Source: Dehalococcoidia bacterium (GTDB taxonomy: Bacteria > Chloroflexota > Dehalococcoidia > UBA2979). Taken from it: DNA of 64,000 bases. How positions within the stretch are numbered: the first letter of the stretch is position 1; each line of letters starts with the position of its first letter. This document shows, one piece after another, positions 28,433 through 38,138 of the stretch. The notes beneath the pieces are model-generated. The model saw nothing but the letters and a program-made list of their open reading frames with translations, was not told the DNA's origin and ran no database searches. The DNA lies in contig OZ244720.1 of the NCBI GenBank assembly GCA_965219085.1, forward strand, positions 384,001-448,000. The letters are read 5' to 3'. The position numbers and the translations under genes are program-made.

Positions 28433-28996
28433 ATGACACAGTTGCCGGACCTGCCCCCGGGCACCCCCGACCGCAAGGAACTCGACCCCATCGAGATGGC
28501 GATGCACGAGCTGGCGTACGGCGTCTACGTCGTCGGGTCGGTCGAGGATGGCCAGGCGAACGGGATGATCGCGGACTGGGTGATGCAGGTCTCATTCGAG
28601 CCGCGCCTGCTCGTCGTGGCGTTCGAGGACGACTCGCGCAGCCTGGAGCGCATCCGCAACAACCGCGCGTTCACCGTCAATGTCCTGGAGGAAGGGCTGG
28701 ACGGCATGGCGCTCGCGCGCGAGTTCCTGCAGCCGTTCGACGCCTCGAAGATCCAGGGCCGGAGCGAGGCTGCGTCGGCGCAGCGCTACCACAAGCTGGA
28801 CGAGGTGGAGCACACGCTGCGCCCCTCGGGCTGCCCAGTGCTGGATGACGCACTGGCATGGATCGAGTGCGAGGCGGAGCAGTTCATCGAGGTGGGCGAC
28901 CACGTGCTCGTGATCGGCCGTGTGCTCGACGGCGAGGTCGTCGGCTCCGGGGACCCGCTGACCTCGGTCTACACGGGGTGGACGTACAGCGGGTAG
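28433..28996 (+). CDS. Flavin reductase-like protein
   Basis: YGVYVVGS, QVSFEP, GCPVL, GDHVLVIG. Confidence 0.9.
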   Translation: MTQLPDLPPGTPDRKELDPIEMAMHELAYGVYVVGSVEDGQANGMIADWVMQVSFEPRLLVVAFEDDSRSLERIRNNRAFTVNVLEEGLDGMALAREFLQPFDASKIQGRSEAASAQRYHKLDEVEHTLRPSGCPVLDDALAWIECEAEQFIEVGDHVLVIGRVLDGEVVGSGDPLTSVYTGWTYSG

Positions 28997-29050
28997 ACGC
29001 GGCCGAGCCGCCTTGTCGGCGCCGCCGCCGGCTGTGCGGGTGGAGCCTGG

Positions 29051-29408
29051 TTGCAATCGGCCGCTGCCGTACATTGCAATCAGCCGAAGGTAACACTTGC
29101 AATTGGACGACCTATAACATTGCAATCGGCCGAGTGGATACCTGGAGTCTCACGGCCCGTGCGCGGCGTGCGTTGCGGTCTGCGCTGCTGAAGCTGGATT
29201 TGCAATTGGACGGGTCGTAACCTTGCAATTGGACGACCAGTAACGTTGCAATCGGCCGAAGTGCGGATCTCCAATGTCACGGCCGGTACGGAGCGTGCGC
29301 TGCGGTCGGCGCCGCTGAACCACGGCTTGCAATTGGACACACGGTAACATTGCAATCGGACGGGCCCTAACATTGCAATTGGCCGAACCAGGGCCTTACA
29401 ATTGGCCG
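29051..29408 (+). repeat. Array of eleven 23-bp-period units (TTGCAATyGGmCG-N5-TAAC) in three blocks
   Basis: Units at 29051, 29074, 29097, 29120; 29200, 29223, 29246; 29327, 29350, 29373, 29396; homologous linkers give a 126-127 bp higher-order repeat. Confidence 0.95.
29373..29402 (+). promoter_or_regulatory. Putative sigma70-type leaderless promoter formed by the last two repeat units
   Basis: TTGCAA-N18-TACAAT, 6 nt before ATG 29409; no SD sequence. Confidence 0.55.
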
Positions 29409-30845
29409 ATGAACGCGACGCTCCATCGGAGACTCATCGCACCGCGGTTCGCCGAGGCACTCGAGGACTCGCCGGTCGTGCTCATCGAGGGTCCGCGGCA
29501 GTGCGGCAAGACCACGTTCGCGCAGATGATGTGCGCGCCGGCGTTCCTGCCCGAGGGCGCACCGCGGGCCGATGCCGCGGACGCGAGCTACACCTACCTC
29601 AACTTCGATGACAACGTCGTCCGGGCCGCCGCGGAGGCCGACCCGATGGGCTTCATCGCCGACCTGCCTGAGCGCGTCGTCCTCGACGAGGTGCAGCGCG
29701 TGCCGGGGCTCTTTACGGCCTTGAAGCTGGCCGTTGACCGGCGGCGCACGCCGGGCCGCTTCGTGCTCACCGGCTCGACGCAGGTGCTGGCGATCCCGGC
29801 CCTCGCGGACTCGCTGGCGGGCCGCATCGAGACTGTCCGGCTGCACCCGCTCGCGCAGCGTGAGTTACACCCGGAGGCCCCTGCCGGCCCCGCCGGCGAA
29901 GGGTTCATCGCCGGCCCCGCCGGCGAAGGGTTCATCGACGGCCCCGCCGGCGAAGGGTTCATCGACGGCCCCGTCGGCGAAGGGTTCATCGCCGACCCCG
30001 CCGGCGAAGGGTTCATCGACGGCCCCGTCGGCGAGGGGTTCATCGACGGCCTGTACGGCGATGGCTTTCCGCCGCGGCAGACGGAGCGCCTGGGAGCCGA
30101 GCTTGCTGAGCGCATCGTCGCCGGAGGCTACCCGCCCGCACTTGCACGTCCGTCCGGACGCCGCCGTGCGAACTGGTACCGCAACTTCATCGAGGCGCAG
30201 GTGCAGCGCGACGTCGGCGAGCTCGCGCGCATCGCGAGCCTCGACGCCCTGCCGCGATTGCTCACCCTCGCGGCGACGCAGACGGCGCGCCTGTTCAACC
30301 TGAGCAGCCTCGCCTCACGGTTCCAGCTCAGCCGTCCGACGATCGGGAGCTACATGACGCTGCTGCAGCGGGTGTACCTGCTGGAGCAGCTACCGCCGTG
30401 GTACAGCAACCGCGGAAAGCGCCTGATCAAGACACCGAAGCTTCACCTCGGCGACACCGGGCTGGCGTGCGCGCTGCTCGGCGTCTCCGCCGCGGCGCTC
30501 CGCAACGACCGCCCGCTGCTCGGGCATCTGCTCGAAACCTTCGTCTTCCAGGAGCTGCGACGGCAGGCGACGTGGCACGACGACCCGGTGGAGTTCTTCC
30601 ACTACCGCGACAAGGACCGCGTCGAGGTCGACATCGTCCTGGAGTCGGGCGGCCGCGTCGCGGGGGTCGAGGTCAAGGCGGGCGGCACCGTGACGGCCTC
30701 GGACTTCCGCGGGCTGCGCAAGCTGCGGGACGCGTCCGGGGACCACTTCGCGGCGGGCGTCGTGCTCTACGACGGCGAGACGAGCGTCGGCTTCGGCGAC
30801 CGTCTCTACGCCGTGCCCGTGCGTCTGCTGTGGGAGGGGCGCTGA
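29409..30845 (+). CDS. AAA_14 ATPase with DUF4143 (wHTH and PD-(D/E)XK-like C-terminus)
   Basis: GPRQCGKTT, VLDEVQ, LTGS, SLAGR, GGYP, KTPKLHLGDTGL, EVDIV...VEVK. Confidence 0.92.
   Translation: MNATLHRRLIAPRFAEALEDSPVVLIEGPRQCGKTTFAQMMCAPAFLPEGAPRADAADASYTYLNFDDNVVRAAAEADPMGFIADLPERVVLDEVQRVPGLFTALKLAVDRRRTPGRFVLTGSTQVLAIPALADSLAGRIETVRLHPLAQRELHPEAPAGPAGEGFIAGPAGEGFIDGPAGEGFIDGPVGEGFIADPAGEGFIDGPVGEGFIDGLYGDGFPPRQTERLGAELAERIVAGGYPPALARPSGRRRANWYRNFIEAQVQRDVGELARIASLDALPRLLTLAATQTARLFNLSSLASRFQLSRPTIGSYMTLLQRVYLLEQLPPWYSNRGKRLIKTPKLHLGDTGLACALLGVSAAALRNDRPLLGHLLETFVFQELRRQATWHDDPVEFFHYRDKDRVEVDIVLESGGRVAGVEVKAGGTVTASDFRGLRKLRDASGDHFAAGVVLYDGETSVGFGDRLYAVPVRLLWEGR
29886..30050 (+). repeat. 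In-frame 27-bp tandem repeat x6 (GPAGEGFID)
   Basis: GGCCCCGCCGGCGAAGGGTTCATCGAC variants. Confidence 0.95.
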
Positions 30846-30880
30846 GCGCCATCCACCCCGCTCGCTCGGCAACGCCCCGG

Positions 30881-31849
30881 TCAGAATGTCGCGATCGGGT
30901 TGACCGGCGACCCTGTGCCGCGCTCCAGGCGGAGCGGGTTGAGCGTGAAGCAGAACTCCCAGCGGCTGCGTTCCGCGCACGCCTCGGCAAGGCGTTCGAG
31001 GTGCGCGTTGTCGATCAGCCGCAGGCCCATCGCCACGAGCGCGATCTCGTGCACCGGCAGGCGCGTCTTCGGGTAGGGCCGGTCTGTCATGTCGTTCACC
31101 ACGTCGGAGGCGAGCAGCGCGACGCCGCGCTCGCGGATCCACGGCATGCACGCCACGTGGTAGCCGGAGTGCTCCTCGGGCGGCTCCTCACCGGCGGCCA
31201 TCGCCGCCTCCACCTGCGCGCCGTAGCCGGTGCGCAGCAGCAGCACGTCGCCCTCCTCCACGCGCACGCCCTGCGCCTTCTCGGCAGCCTCGATGTCCTC
31301 GGGGAAGACGCCATCCATCGGGTCGAGTGACTCGACGCCGCGCAGGCGGGCGATGTCGAGCAGCACGCCGCGCGCCATGATGCCGTCGCGCATGACGTCC
31401 GAGGTCTGCTCGAGCGCGCCGTCCGAGGTCCGGATCAGCGCGGCCGAGCGGCCGTTGTACATCTGGCCACGGAAGAAGACGTGCCCGAGGCCGTCGATGT
31501 GCGTGAAGATGCTGCCGTGGAAGATGAAGGAGAGCCGCTCGCCCGCCCACTGCAGCGCGTTCTCGCCCGGGAAGTCCGGGTCGGGCGCCTCGTCGCCGAG
31601 GGCGTAGCGCTCGCCGCTCTGCGCCATCGTGATGGTCGGGTTGGACCCGGCGAGCGCGGGGCCGGGCCACCGGATCACGCGCGAGCAGGAGACACTGACG
31701 CCGTCCCGCACGAGCGAGGCTGCCTGGCGGCGCTTCTCGGGCGTGATCAGGTTGAGCGTGCCGAGCGTGTCGTCGTCGCCCCAGCGGCCCCAGTTACTGA
31801 GCGTGTCGAACCAGGCCAGCACCTCGTCCTGCGTCGGCGTCTCCGGCAC
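30881..31849 (-). CDS. Cyclase-family (kynurenine formamidase-like) metallohydrolase
   Basis: NWGRWGDDD, HGSIFTHIDGLGH, GDVLLLRTG, GTGSPVNPIA. Confidence 0.9.
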   Translation of the reverse strand: MPETPTQDEVLAWFDTLSNWGRWGDDDTLGTLNLITPEKRRQAASLVRDGVSVSCSRVIRWPGPALAGSNPTITMAQSGERYALGDEAPDPDFPGENALQWAGERLSFIFHGSIFTHIDGLGHVFFRGQMYNGRSAALIRTSDGALEQTSDVMRDGIMARGVLLDIARLRGVESLDPMDGVFPEDIEAAEKAQGVRVEEGDVLLLRTGYGAQVEAAMAAGEEPPEEHSGYHVACMPWIRERGVALLASDVVNDMTDRPYPKTRLPVHEIALVAMGLRLIDNAHLERLAEACAERSRWEFCFTLNPLRLERGTGSPVNPIATF

Positions 31850-31996
31850 GTTGTCACCTCCCCGCGCGAGACTGTACTACGAACCCTTGCGTTCGGCGGA
31901 GTGCCGAGAGCGGTCGGCCCGGTTGCACTTGCAGTGGGGTGATATTGGACTCTAGAACGTGCGACAGAAGCGCAGTGTTGTGAATGGTCGGATCGT

Positions 31997-33314
31997 ATGA
32001 CCACGCGCGACGTGATGGAGCGCAGCCGCCGCGGGGCGTTGACCGCCCTGCCGCTCGCGGTGTTGGCCGCCCTCGCGCTGCTCGCCATCACGATCCGCTC
32101 CGAGGCCGGACCCGGCCCCCTCGCCGCGGCGACGCCGACGCCCGACGCCGCGCTCAAGCAGCAGTGCATCGAGGGTGCGGCGGTGGGTTCGGGCAACGAC
32201 GGGCTCGCGTCGGACTGCGCGCTGCTGCTGGCGGCGAAGGACACCCTGCGCGGCACGGCGACGTTGAACTGGAGCGCGAGCACAGCCATCGCCGACTGGA
32301 CCGGCGTCGCGGTCAGCTCCAGCCTGCAGCGCGTGACGGGCGTGACGCCGACGAACCAGAGCCTCAACGGCGCAATCCCCACCCAGCTGGCCGGCCTCAC
32401 GGAGCTGCGCGACCTGCAGCTCTCCTACAACGCCCTCACCGGCTCCATCCCCGCCGAGCTGGGCTCGCTCGAGCAGCTCGACATCCTCTACCTCTTCAGC
32501 AACCAGCTCACGGGCTCGATCCCCGGCGAACTCGGCAACCTCGCCAACCTGCGCTTCCTCGGGCTCCGCGACAACCAGCTCAGCGGCGCCATCCCCTCCG
32601 GGTTCGCAACGCTGTGGAGCCTCCAGGACCTCTACCTCAACAACAACCAGCTCAGCGGCGCGATCCCGGCCGCGCTCGGCGACCTCGGCCTGAGGGTCAT
32701 CTACGTCTCCGGCAACAGCGGCCTCAGCGGCTGCATCCCCGCCGCGCTGAGCAGCGTTCGCTACAACGACCTCGCGACGCTCAGTCTGGACGACTGTGAG
32801 GCGGAGGCGACGCACACGCTGACGGTGTCGAAGGGCACTGGGGGATCAGTCGATCCGGGCGCGGGCACGCACAGCTACCGCAGCGGGGCGCTGGCGCGCG
32901 TGCTGGCCATACCGGGCTCCGCCTTCCGCGTCGCCTCGTGGGGCGGCGACTGCGCCGGCACGCCCCGGACGGAGACGGCGTGCGTGCTGACGATGGACGC
33001 GAACAAGACGGCGAGCGTGACCTTCGAACGCGCGCAGACGCTCACGGTATCGGCGGGCGAGGGCGGCAGCGCCGACCCTCCCGCCGGCTCGCACCGCTAC
33101 GCGCTGGGCGCGAGCGTGACGGTCACCGCGACACCCGACGGCGGCTACGCGGTGGCGTCGTGGGGCGACGACTGCAGCGGGAGCGCCACCACCTGCGTGC
33201 TGACGATGTCCGCGGACCGCAGGGTGAGCGTGACGTTCGTGCGCCTGAACACGCTCACCACCACAGGCCGGCGAGAGCGGGAGCATCGACCCCACAGCCG
33301 GCACCCACCTCTAG
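31997..33314 (+). pseudogene. Secreted plant-type LRR plus InlB-B-repeat-like protein, frameshifted and truncated at the IS481
   Basis: Signal peptide; LxxNxLxGxIP repeats; WGGDC...CVLTMDANKTASVTF repeats; third repeat shifts frame near 33265 and ends at TAG 33312-33314. Confidence 0.8.
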
Positions 33315-33315
33315 C

Positions 33316-34363
33316 TGTAGTGTCCCGGGACGTTGTTTACAGGCGTGAGGCGGGGACAGCCCCGCCGATACCGCCGTGCGGTCGGCGAGCATTGTAGCGA
33401 TAGAGCCAGCGCGGGAGCACGTGGAGGCGTTCGGCGTTGGAGCGGTATGGCCGGGCGTACGCCCATTCGTTCTGCAGGATCTGGATGAAGCGCTCGGCCT
33501 TGCCGTTCGTCTGCGGCCGGTAGGGTCGGGTGTGCAGCAGCTCCACGCCCGCGGCGGCGGCCGTGCTGCGGAAGCTGCGCGCGACGGTGTAGGCCTTGGC
33601 GTTGTCGGTCAGCACGCGCCTGACGCGCACGCCGCGCCGGCTGAACGCCGCGAGCGCCTGCTCGAGGAAGGCACTACAGCTCGCGGCCCGCTCGTCGGGC
33701 AGGGCGGCGACGTACGCGTAGCGGCCGTGGTCGTCCACGGCGACGTGTAGGTACTCAAGGCCCAGCGACCGTCCCCGCTGCGGCCCGGAGCGCGTCTCGG
33801 CGAAGCCGGGTGCGATGCGCTTACCGCCACCCTCGGGGATGCGCCCCAGCTTCTTCACGTCGATGTGCAGCAGGTCGCCGGGGGCTGGGTGCTCGTAGCG
33901 GACCGTCTCGCGGGTGACACGATGCAACCGGTCGAGGCGGTTGAGGCCAAAGCGCCTGAGCACGGCGTAGACCGTGGAACGGGCGAGCCCGAGCGCCCAG
34001 GCGATGCGATGCGGCCCGAAGCCCGCACTGCGGCGCACGGCGCAGATGCGTTGCTCCAGCTCGGGTGCGGTGCGCCGGGGGTTCGAGCGCGGCGCCGAGG
34101 TGCGGTCCTCGAGCCCGTCCGCTCCTGCCTCGCGGAAGCGCCGCACCCACTTCGCGACCGTTGGGCGCGAGACCGGGAAGCGACGGGCGACCTCGGCCTG
34201 CGGCCAGCCGTCCTCCACCTCCCGGACCAACTCCAACCGGGTGACCGGCGTCAGACGCGCGTTACGATGTGCCACGAGAGGCTCCTCCCCTGCTACTGGT
34301 GCTTGCAACACACACAGCAGCAGGCGGAGCCCCTCACCTGCAACAACCTACGTGGGAACTACA
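33316..34363 (-). mobile_element. IS481-family insertion sequence
   Basis: Imperfect IRs TGTAGT...ACTACA; flanks TCTAGC and GCTAGC (NCTAGN target type). Confidence 0.9.
33337..34275 (-). CDS. IS481-family transposase
   Basis: AHRNARLT, PGDLLHIDVKKLGRI, VLTDN, RPQTNGKAERF. Confidence 0.95.
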   Translation of the reverse strand: MAHRNARLTPVTRLELVREVEDGWPQAEVARRFPVSRPTVAKWVRRFREAGADGLEDRTSAPRSNPRRTAPELEQRICAVRRSAGFGPHRIAWALGLARSTVYAVLRRFGLNRLDRLHRVTRETVRYEHPAPGDLLHIDVKKLGRIPEGGGKRIAPGFAETRSGPQRGRSLGLEYLHVAVDDHGRYAYVAALPDERAASCSAFLEQALAAFSRRGVRVRRVLTDNAKAYTVARSFRSTAAAAGVELLHTRPYRPQTNGKAERFIQILQNEWAYARPYRSNAERLHVLPRWLYRYNARRPHGGIGGAVPASRL

Positions 34364-34383
34364 GCTAGCGGCGTCCGAGGCTG

Positions 34384-35421
34384 CTACTGAAGCGGCAGCG
34401 GGGGCTGCCACCACGCCGGCCGCGCGCTCACCTCGATCGATACGACCCACTTCACCCAGTGGTAGCCGCGCCGCCCCGGCGCCACGAGGCGCGCCGGGAA
34501 GCCGTGCCCCGCGCTCAGTGGCTCGCCGCCGACGTGCGTCGCGAGCAGCAGGCCGCGCGCCTCACCCATCGGGAAGCGCCGCGAGTAGCCGGTGACCGAG
34601 CGCACGACGACGCTGCGTGCCTCCTCGCCCACGCCGGCGTCGCCGAGCAGCGCGTCGAGGGGCACGCCGGTCCAGTCCTGCGTCGTGTGCCAGCCGCCCG
34701 TGCAATCGAGCGTCGCGCGTCGCTGGGCGCTGGCGAGGGCCTCGATGTCCCCGTAGCCGAGCTCGAATGGCGACCGCACGTCGCCGAGGACATGGAGGCG
34801 CCAGCCCGCGCGGTTGAGGTGCTGGCGCTGGTCGCCGAGCCAGTTCGTCTGTGGGTGGGCGTTGCCGGTGAAGCTCGCCTCCTCGCGCGAGCCGGTGAAG
34901 CGCCGGTCGGCGGCGGTGACCGTCGAGACGACTTCGAGGCCGCGCCACAGCACGAACCCCGCGCCGCCGAGGGCGATCGTGCGCAGCGCCGCCCGCCGGC
35001 TCGCCATGTCGGCGGGCTTCACGCGCGGCCAGTGCGCGCTTGCGTGCGTGGCGAACGGGATCACGAGCACCACGGCGAGCACGGCGTGCAGCACCATCGG
35101 CCGCATCGAGCCGTAGCCGGGGATCGCGACCTCCGGTGCCGCGCCCAGTACCCACAGCAGCCCGACCGCGAGCGTGGCGAGGAACAGTACGCCGAGCAGC
35201 GCCGAGGGCAGCGCCCACAGCCCCGCGCCTTGCCGCATGAACGAGCGCATGACGATGCGCCACTTCCACACGAGCAGCACGATGAGCGTCATCCCGCCGA
35301 TGCCGTGTACCCACAGCACCCACGCGCCGTCGGGGCTTCCGGTGAGGTAGCTGCCAATGCCCGAGGCCAGCTCGAGCAGCAGCAGGGCGAAGATGGCGAG
35401 GTTCGTCGCGCGTGCGCTCAT
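34384..35421 (-). CDS. Membrane-anchored molybdopterin-dependent oxidoreductase (sulfite oxidase family)
   Basis: LDCTGGW, HGFPARLVAPGRRGYHWVKWV; N-terminal TM helices. Confidence 0.88.
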   Translation of the reverse strand: MSARATNLAIFALLLLELASGIGSYLTGSPDGAWVLWVHGIGGMTLIVLLVWKWRIVMRSFMRQGAGLWALPSALLGVLFLATLAVGLLWVLGAAPEVAIPGYGSMRPMVLHAVLAVVLVIPFATHASAHWPRVKPADMASRRAALRTIALGGAGFVLWRGLEVVSTVTAADRRFTGSREEASFTGNAHPQTNWLGDQRQHLNRAGWRLHVLGDVRSPFELGYGDIEALASAQRRATLDCTGGWHTTQDWTGVPLDALLGDAGVGEEARSVVVRSVTGYSRRFPMGEARGLLLATHVGGEPLSAGHGFPARLVAPGRRGYHWVKWVVSIEVSARPAWWQPPLPLQ

Positions 35422-35564
35422 CGCCGGTCTCCGAGCGTGGTGGCGGTGCATTCCAGCCTACACCGCGGACCGATCGACTCGAGGGGCGGGAGAAGGCGCG
35501 CGCTATCATCGGCGCGCTTCCGCGCGATCGCCGTTGCGGTCGCTTGGCGCGAGGAGGTCGGCCG

Positions 35565-36476
35565 ATGACAGGACGGATGACGGAGCCGTTGAGCGGCCGC
35601 GTGGCCGTCGTCACCGGCGCCGGCCGCGGCATCGGAGCCGCGACTGCGCGCCAACTCGCGATCATGGGCGCGCGCGTCGTCGTCAATGACCCCGGCGTGA
35701 ACCGGGCAGGGGAGGGACTCGACCGCGGGCCCGCCGACGGCGTCGTGCGCGCGATCGCCGAGGCTGGCGGGACGGCCGTCGCCAACTACGACTCGGTCGC
35801 CGACTTCGAGTCGGCGGGCCGCATTATCGAGACGGCGCGACGCGAGTTCGGCGGCATCGACATCCTGGTGAACAACGCGGGCATCTCCGCCGGCGCGCCG
35901 ATTCAGCACCTCGAGCCCGAGCTGTTCGACACCGTCGTCGGCATCCACCTGCACGGCACGTACAACTGCACGCGCCACGCAGTCCCCGACATGATCGAGG
36001 CGGGCTGGGGGCGCGTCGTGAACCTCGTCTCGCGCGCCGGGCTGCTCGGATCGGCGGGCGCGGCGGCCTACGCGGCGGGGAAGGGCGGCATCTACGGCTT
36101 CACGAACGCCATCGCGCGCGACCTCGAACCGCTCGGCGTGACGGTCAACGCTGTCAACCCCGCCGCCACGCACACGCGCATGGTGAGCGAGGCGCTCGAG
36201 GAGGCGCGCGAGCGCGGCCTCGATGACGCCTCGGCGCAGCGCATGCTCGCGATCGCGCAGCAGCCCGAGGAGCTGGCGACGGTGATCGGGTTCCTGTGCA
36301 CCGAGGAGGCGGGCGGGATCAGCGGGCAGACGTTCTTCGTGCAGAACGGCGCCGTCGGCCTCTTCGCCCCGCTGCAGGTCACGCAGACACTGCTGACCGA
36401 CGAGGACTGGACGCCGGAGACCCTCGCGGAGGCGGCGAAGCGACTCCAGCTCCACCCCCTCGGGCAGCTCTACTGA
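35565..36476 (+). CDS. SDR-family oxidoreductase
   Basis: TGAGRGIG, NNAG, YAAGK. Confidence 0.93.
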   Translation: MTGRMTEPLSGRVAVVTGAGRGIGAATARQLAIMGARVVVNDPGVNRAGEGLDRGPADGVVRAIAEAGGTAVANYDSVADFESAGRIIETARREFGGIDILVNNAGISAGAPIQHLEPELFDTVVGIHLHGTYNCTRHAVPDMIEAGWGRVVNLVSRAGLLGSAGAAAYAAGKGGIYGFTNAIARDLEPLGVTVNAVNPAATHTRMVSEALEEARERGLDDASAQRMLAIAQQPEELATVIGFLCTEEAGGISGQTFFVQNGAVGLFAPLQVTQTLLTDEDWTPETLAEAAKRLQLHPLGQLY

Positions 36477-36495
36477 CCAACGGGATGAGATAACG

Positions 36496-36969
36496 CTACA
36501 GTCTGAAGCCCTCGCGGCGGGCGAGTTGGATGAAGTCGATGCACTCTATTCCCAGCTCATCGCAGACGTCCGGTATCTTGTGTGGCTTCGTTGGGCGGGT
36601 TCGACGCTTCTCGTAGGTGACTACTGCGCAGCGGTTGATTTGCGCTACCGAAATCACGAATGGGTCGGCGACACTGCGCTCGCGCTCCACGTCGACCAAT
36701 GTCGGAAACCCATCGTTGATGTCGCGCGCTTGTCCCTGTACGGCAGCATCGGTCGGGACTATCAGGTGTTCGCGTTCTTGTACCCATGCGAGGAGATCGT
36801 CGTCCTTCTCCTGCAACTCTACGTGCACTTCCTCACTTATCAGCGCCGTACCGCGTGTGATCAAATCCGCGGTGAAGTCCCATACCCCTGGGAAGACGTC
36901 AGGAGGATATAGATCTCGCCAGTTGCCGATCAATATGCTCGAGTCAATGCTGTATCGAGCATCCCCCAT
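36496..36969 (-). CDS. DUF4411-family PIN-like protein
   Basis: YSIDSS, YPPDVFPGVW, ADPFVI, VVTYE, KIPDVC. Confidence 0.88.
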   Translation of the reverse strand: MGDARYSIDSSILIGNWRDLYPPDVFPGVWDFTADLITRGTALISEEVHVELQEKDDDLLAWVQEREHLIVPTDAAVQGQARDINDGFPTLVDVERERSVADPFVISVAQINRCAVVTYEKRRTRPTKPHKIPDVCDELGIECIDFIQLARREGFRL

Positions 36970-36976
36970 TGCCAGC

Positions 36977-38128
36977 CTATCCGACTTCCTGAGATACGCG
37001 CTCGAAGTGTTTCGCACGCACACCAAGGTACTCTGCCGCGTCTGCAGTTGTGATGCTCCCAGTATCCAATGCGGACAGCACTAGCCCGGAATAGTATTTC
37101 CCGGATAGAGAAACGCTGTTACGGGGTGGCGAGGGGCCACCCCCGCCCCGTTCTGCGCGTTGCTGACGGTCCTCAACTCGGCTGAGCTCGAAGCGCTCTG
37201 CAAGTTCATCTCGCCTAGCGTGGTATTCGGACTGCGTTATCGAGCCGTAGTCAAGCAGGCGGCGCCAGATGACTTCTTCACTCACGCCGTATGTTCTGGC
37301 GGTCCACGCTACCGAGTCATCGTAGGGCCGTGGCGCCTGCCTCTCGAAGTCTGACGAGGGAACTAGCGCCTCGGCTGCAACAGCGTTGCAGTACTGCTCG
37401 GCAGCATCATCACCGCGCAGGTCACACAACCCGGTTCGACCGAGAGCCAAGTGTGTCAGCTCATGGAATAGGGTGAAGACTTTGCCCGCCTGAGCGTCCT
37501 TGCGATTGACTACGACCGCTGGGAGTGTCTCCGCGCGCAACGAGAAGCCGCGCATTTCGTTGAGCTCGACATCCGCTGACTGGAAGACCAGAACTGATGC
37601 TCGTTCAAACAAAGTTCTCCAGTTGTTGAAGGTCTCCCTCCCTGCGGGCCAGCTCTTCTGTGTGTCGAGATCGACACCGAGGAAATCCCTCACAAGCCCC
37701 GCTGACCCACGAGGCTCCGTGTCTATCTGAATTGACAGGGAGAACGTGCGGATGTCTTCCTCTAGCTCCTCCGCGAGATCTAATGCGATGCGTTGGCGGA
37801 AGCGTGCCCGCCGTATCTCACGAGCGAGCGCGGGGCTGATATCCCTGGTGTCACCGACCGTCCCGAGGCGAAAATCCGCGATGGGGACGACGGCCGGCGG
37901 GGGCTCGCTACGGAAGAGGGCCGCGAACGGCCGTCGATAGACACTTGCTATCTTGCGCAACTGTTTCAGGGTAGGTGGTCGTTCGCCACTCTCCCACTCC
38001 GAGAGGCGCTCAGGCTTCACTTGCAGTCTGCGTGCTGCGGCGTCGATGTCATACGCCGCTGATTCCCGCGCCCAGCGCAGGACTTCGGGCTGCACGAGAG
38101 CCATCTGACGAGGCACGGTCGCCTCCAC
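36977..38128 (-). CDS. XRE-HTH plus ImmA/IrrE metallopeptidase; start uncertain
   Basis: LRWARE...WESGERPPTLKQL; FTLFHELTH; EQYCNAVAAEAL. Confidence 0.9.
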   Translation of the reverse strand: MEATVPRQMALVQPEVLRWARESAAYDIDAAARRLQVKPERLSEWESGERPPTLKQLRKIASVYRRPFAALFRSEPPPAVVPIADFRLGTVGDTRDISPALAREIRRARFRQRIALDLAEELEEDIRTFSLSIQIDTEPRGSAGLVRDFLGVDLDTQKSWPAGRETFNNWRTLFERASVLVFQSADVELNEMRGFSLRAETLPAVVVNRKDAQAGKVFTLFHELTHLALGRTGLCDLRGDDAAEQYCNAVAAEALVPSSDFERQAPRPYDDSVAWTARTYGVSEEVIWRRLLDYGSITQSEYHARRDELAERFELSRVEDRQQRAERGGGGPSPPRNSVSLSGKYYSGLVLSALDTGSITTADAAEYLGVRAKHFERVSQEVG

Positions 38129-38138
38129 TAGTACGCCG

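Noticed and set aside
29051-29408. CRISPR or TIGR-like guide array
   Set aside because: Variable segments are only about 5 nt, the long linkers are homologous to each other, and no Cas or Nop-domain gene is adjacent; kept as an operator/iteron-like array.
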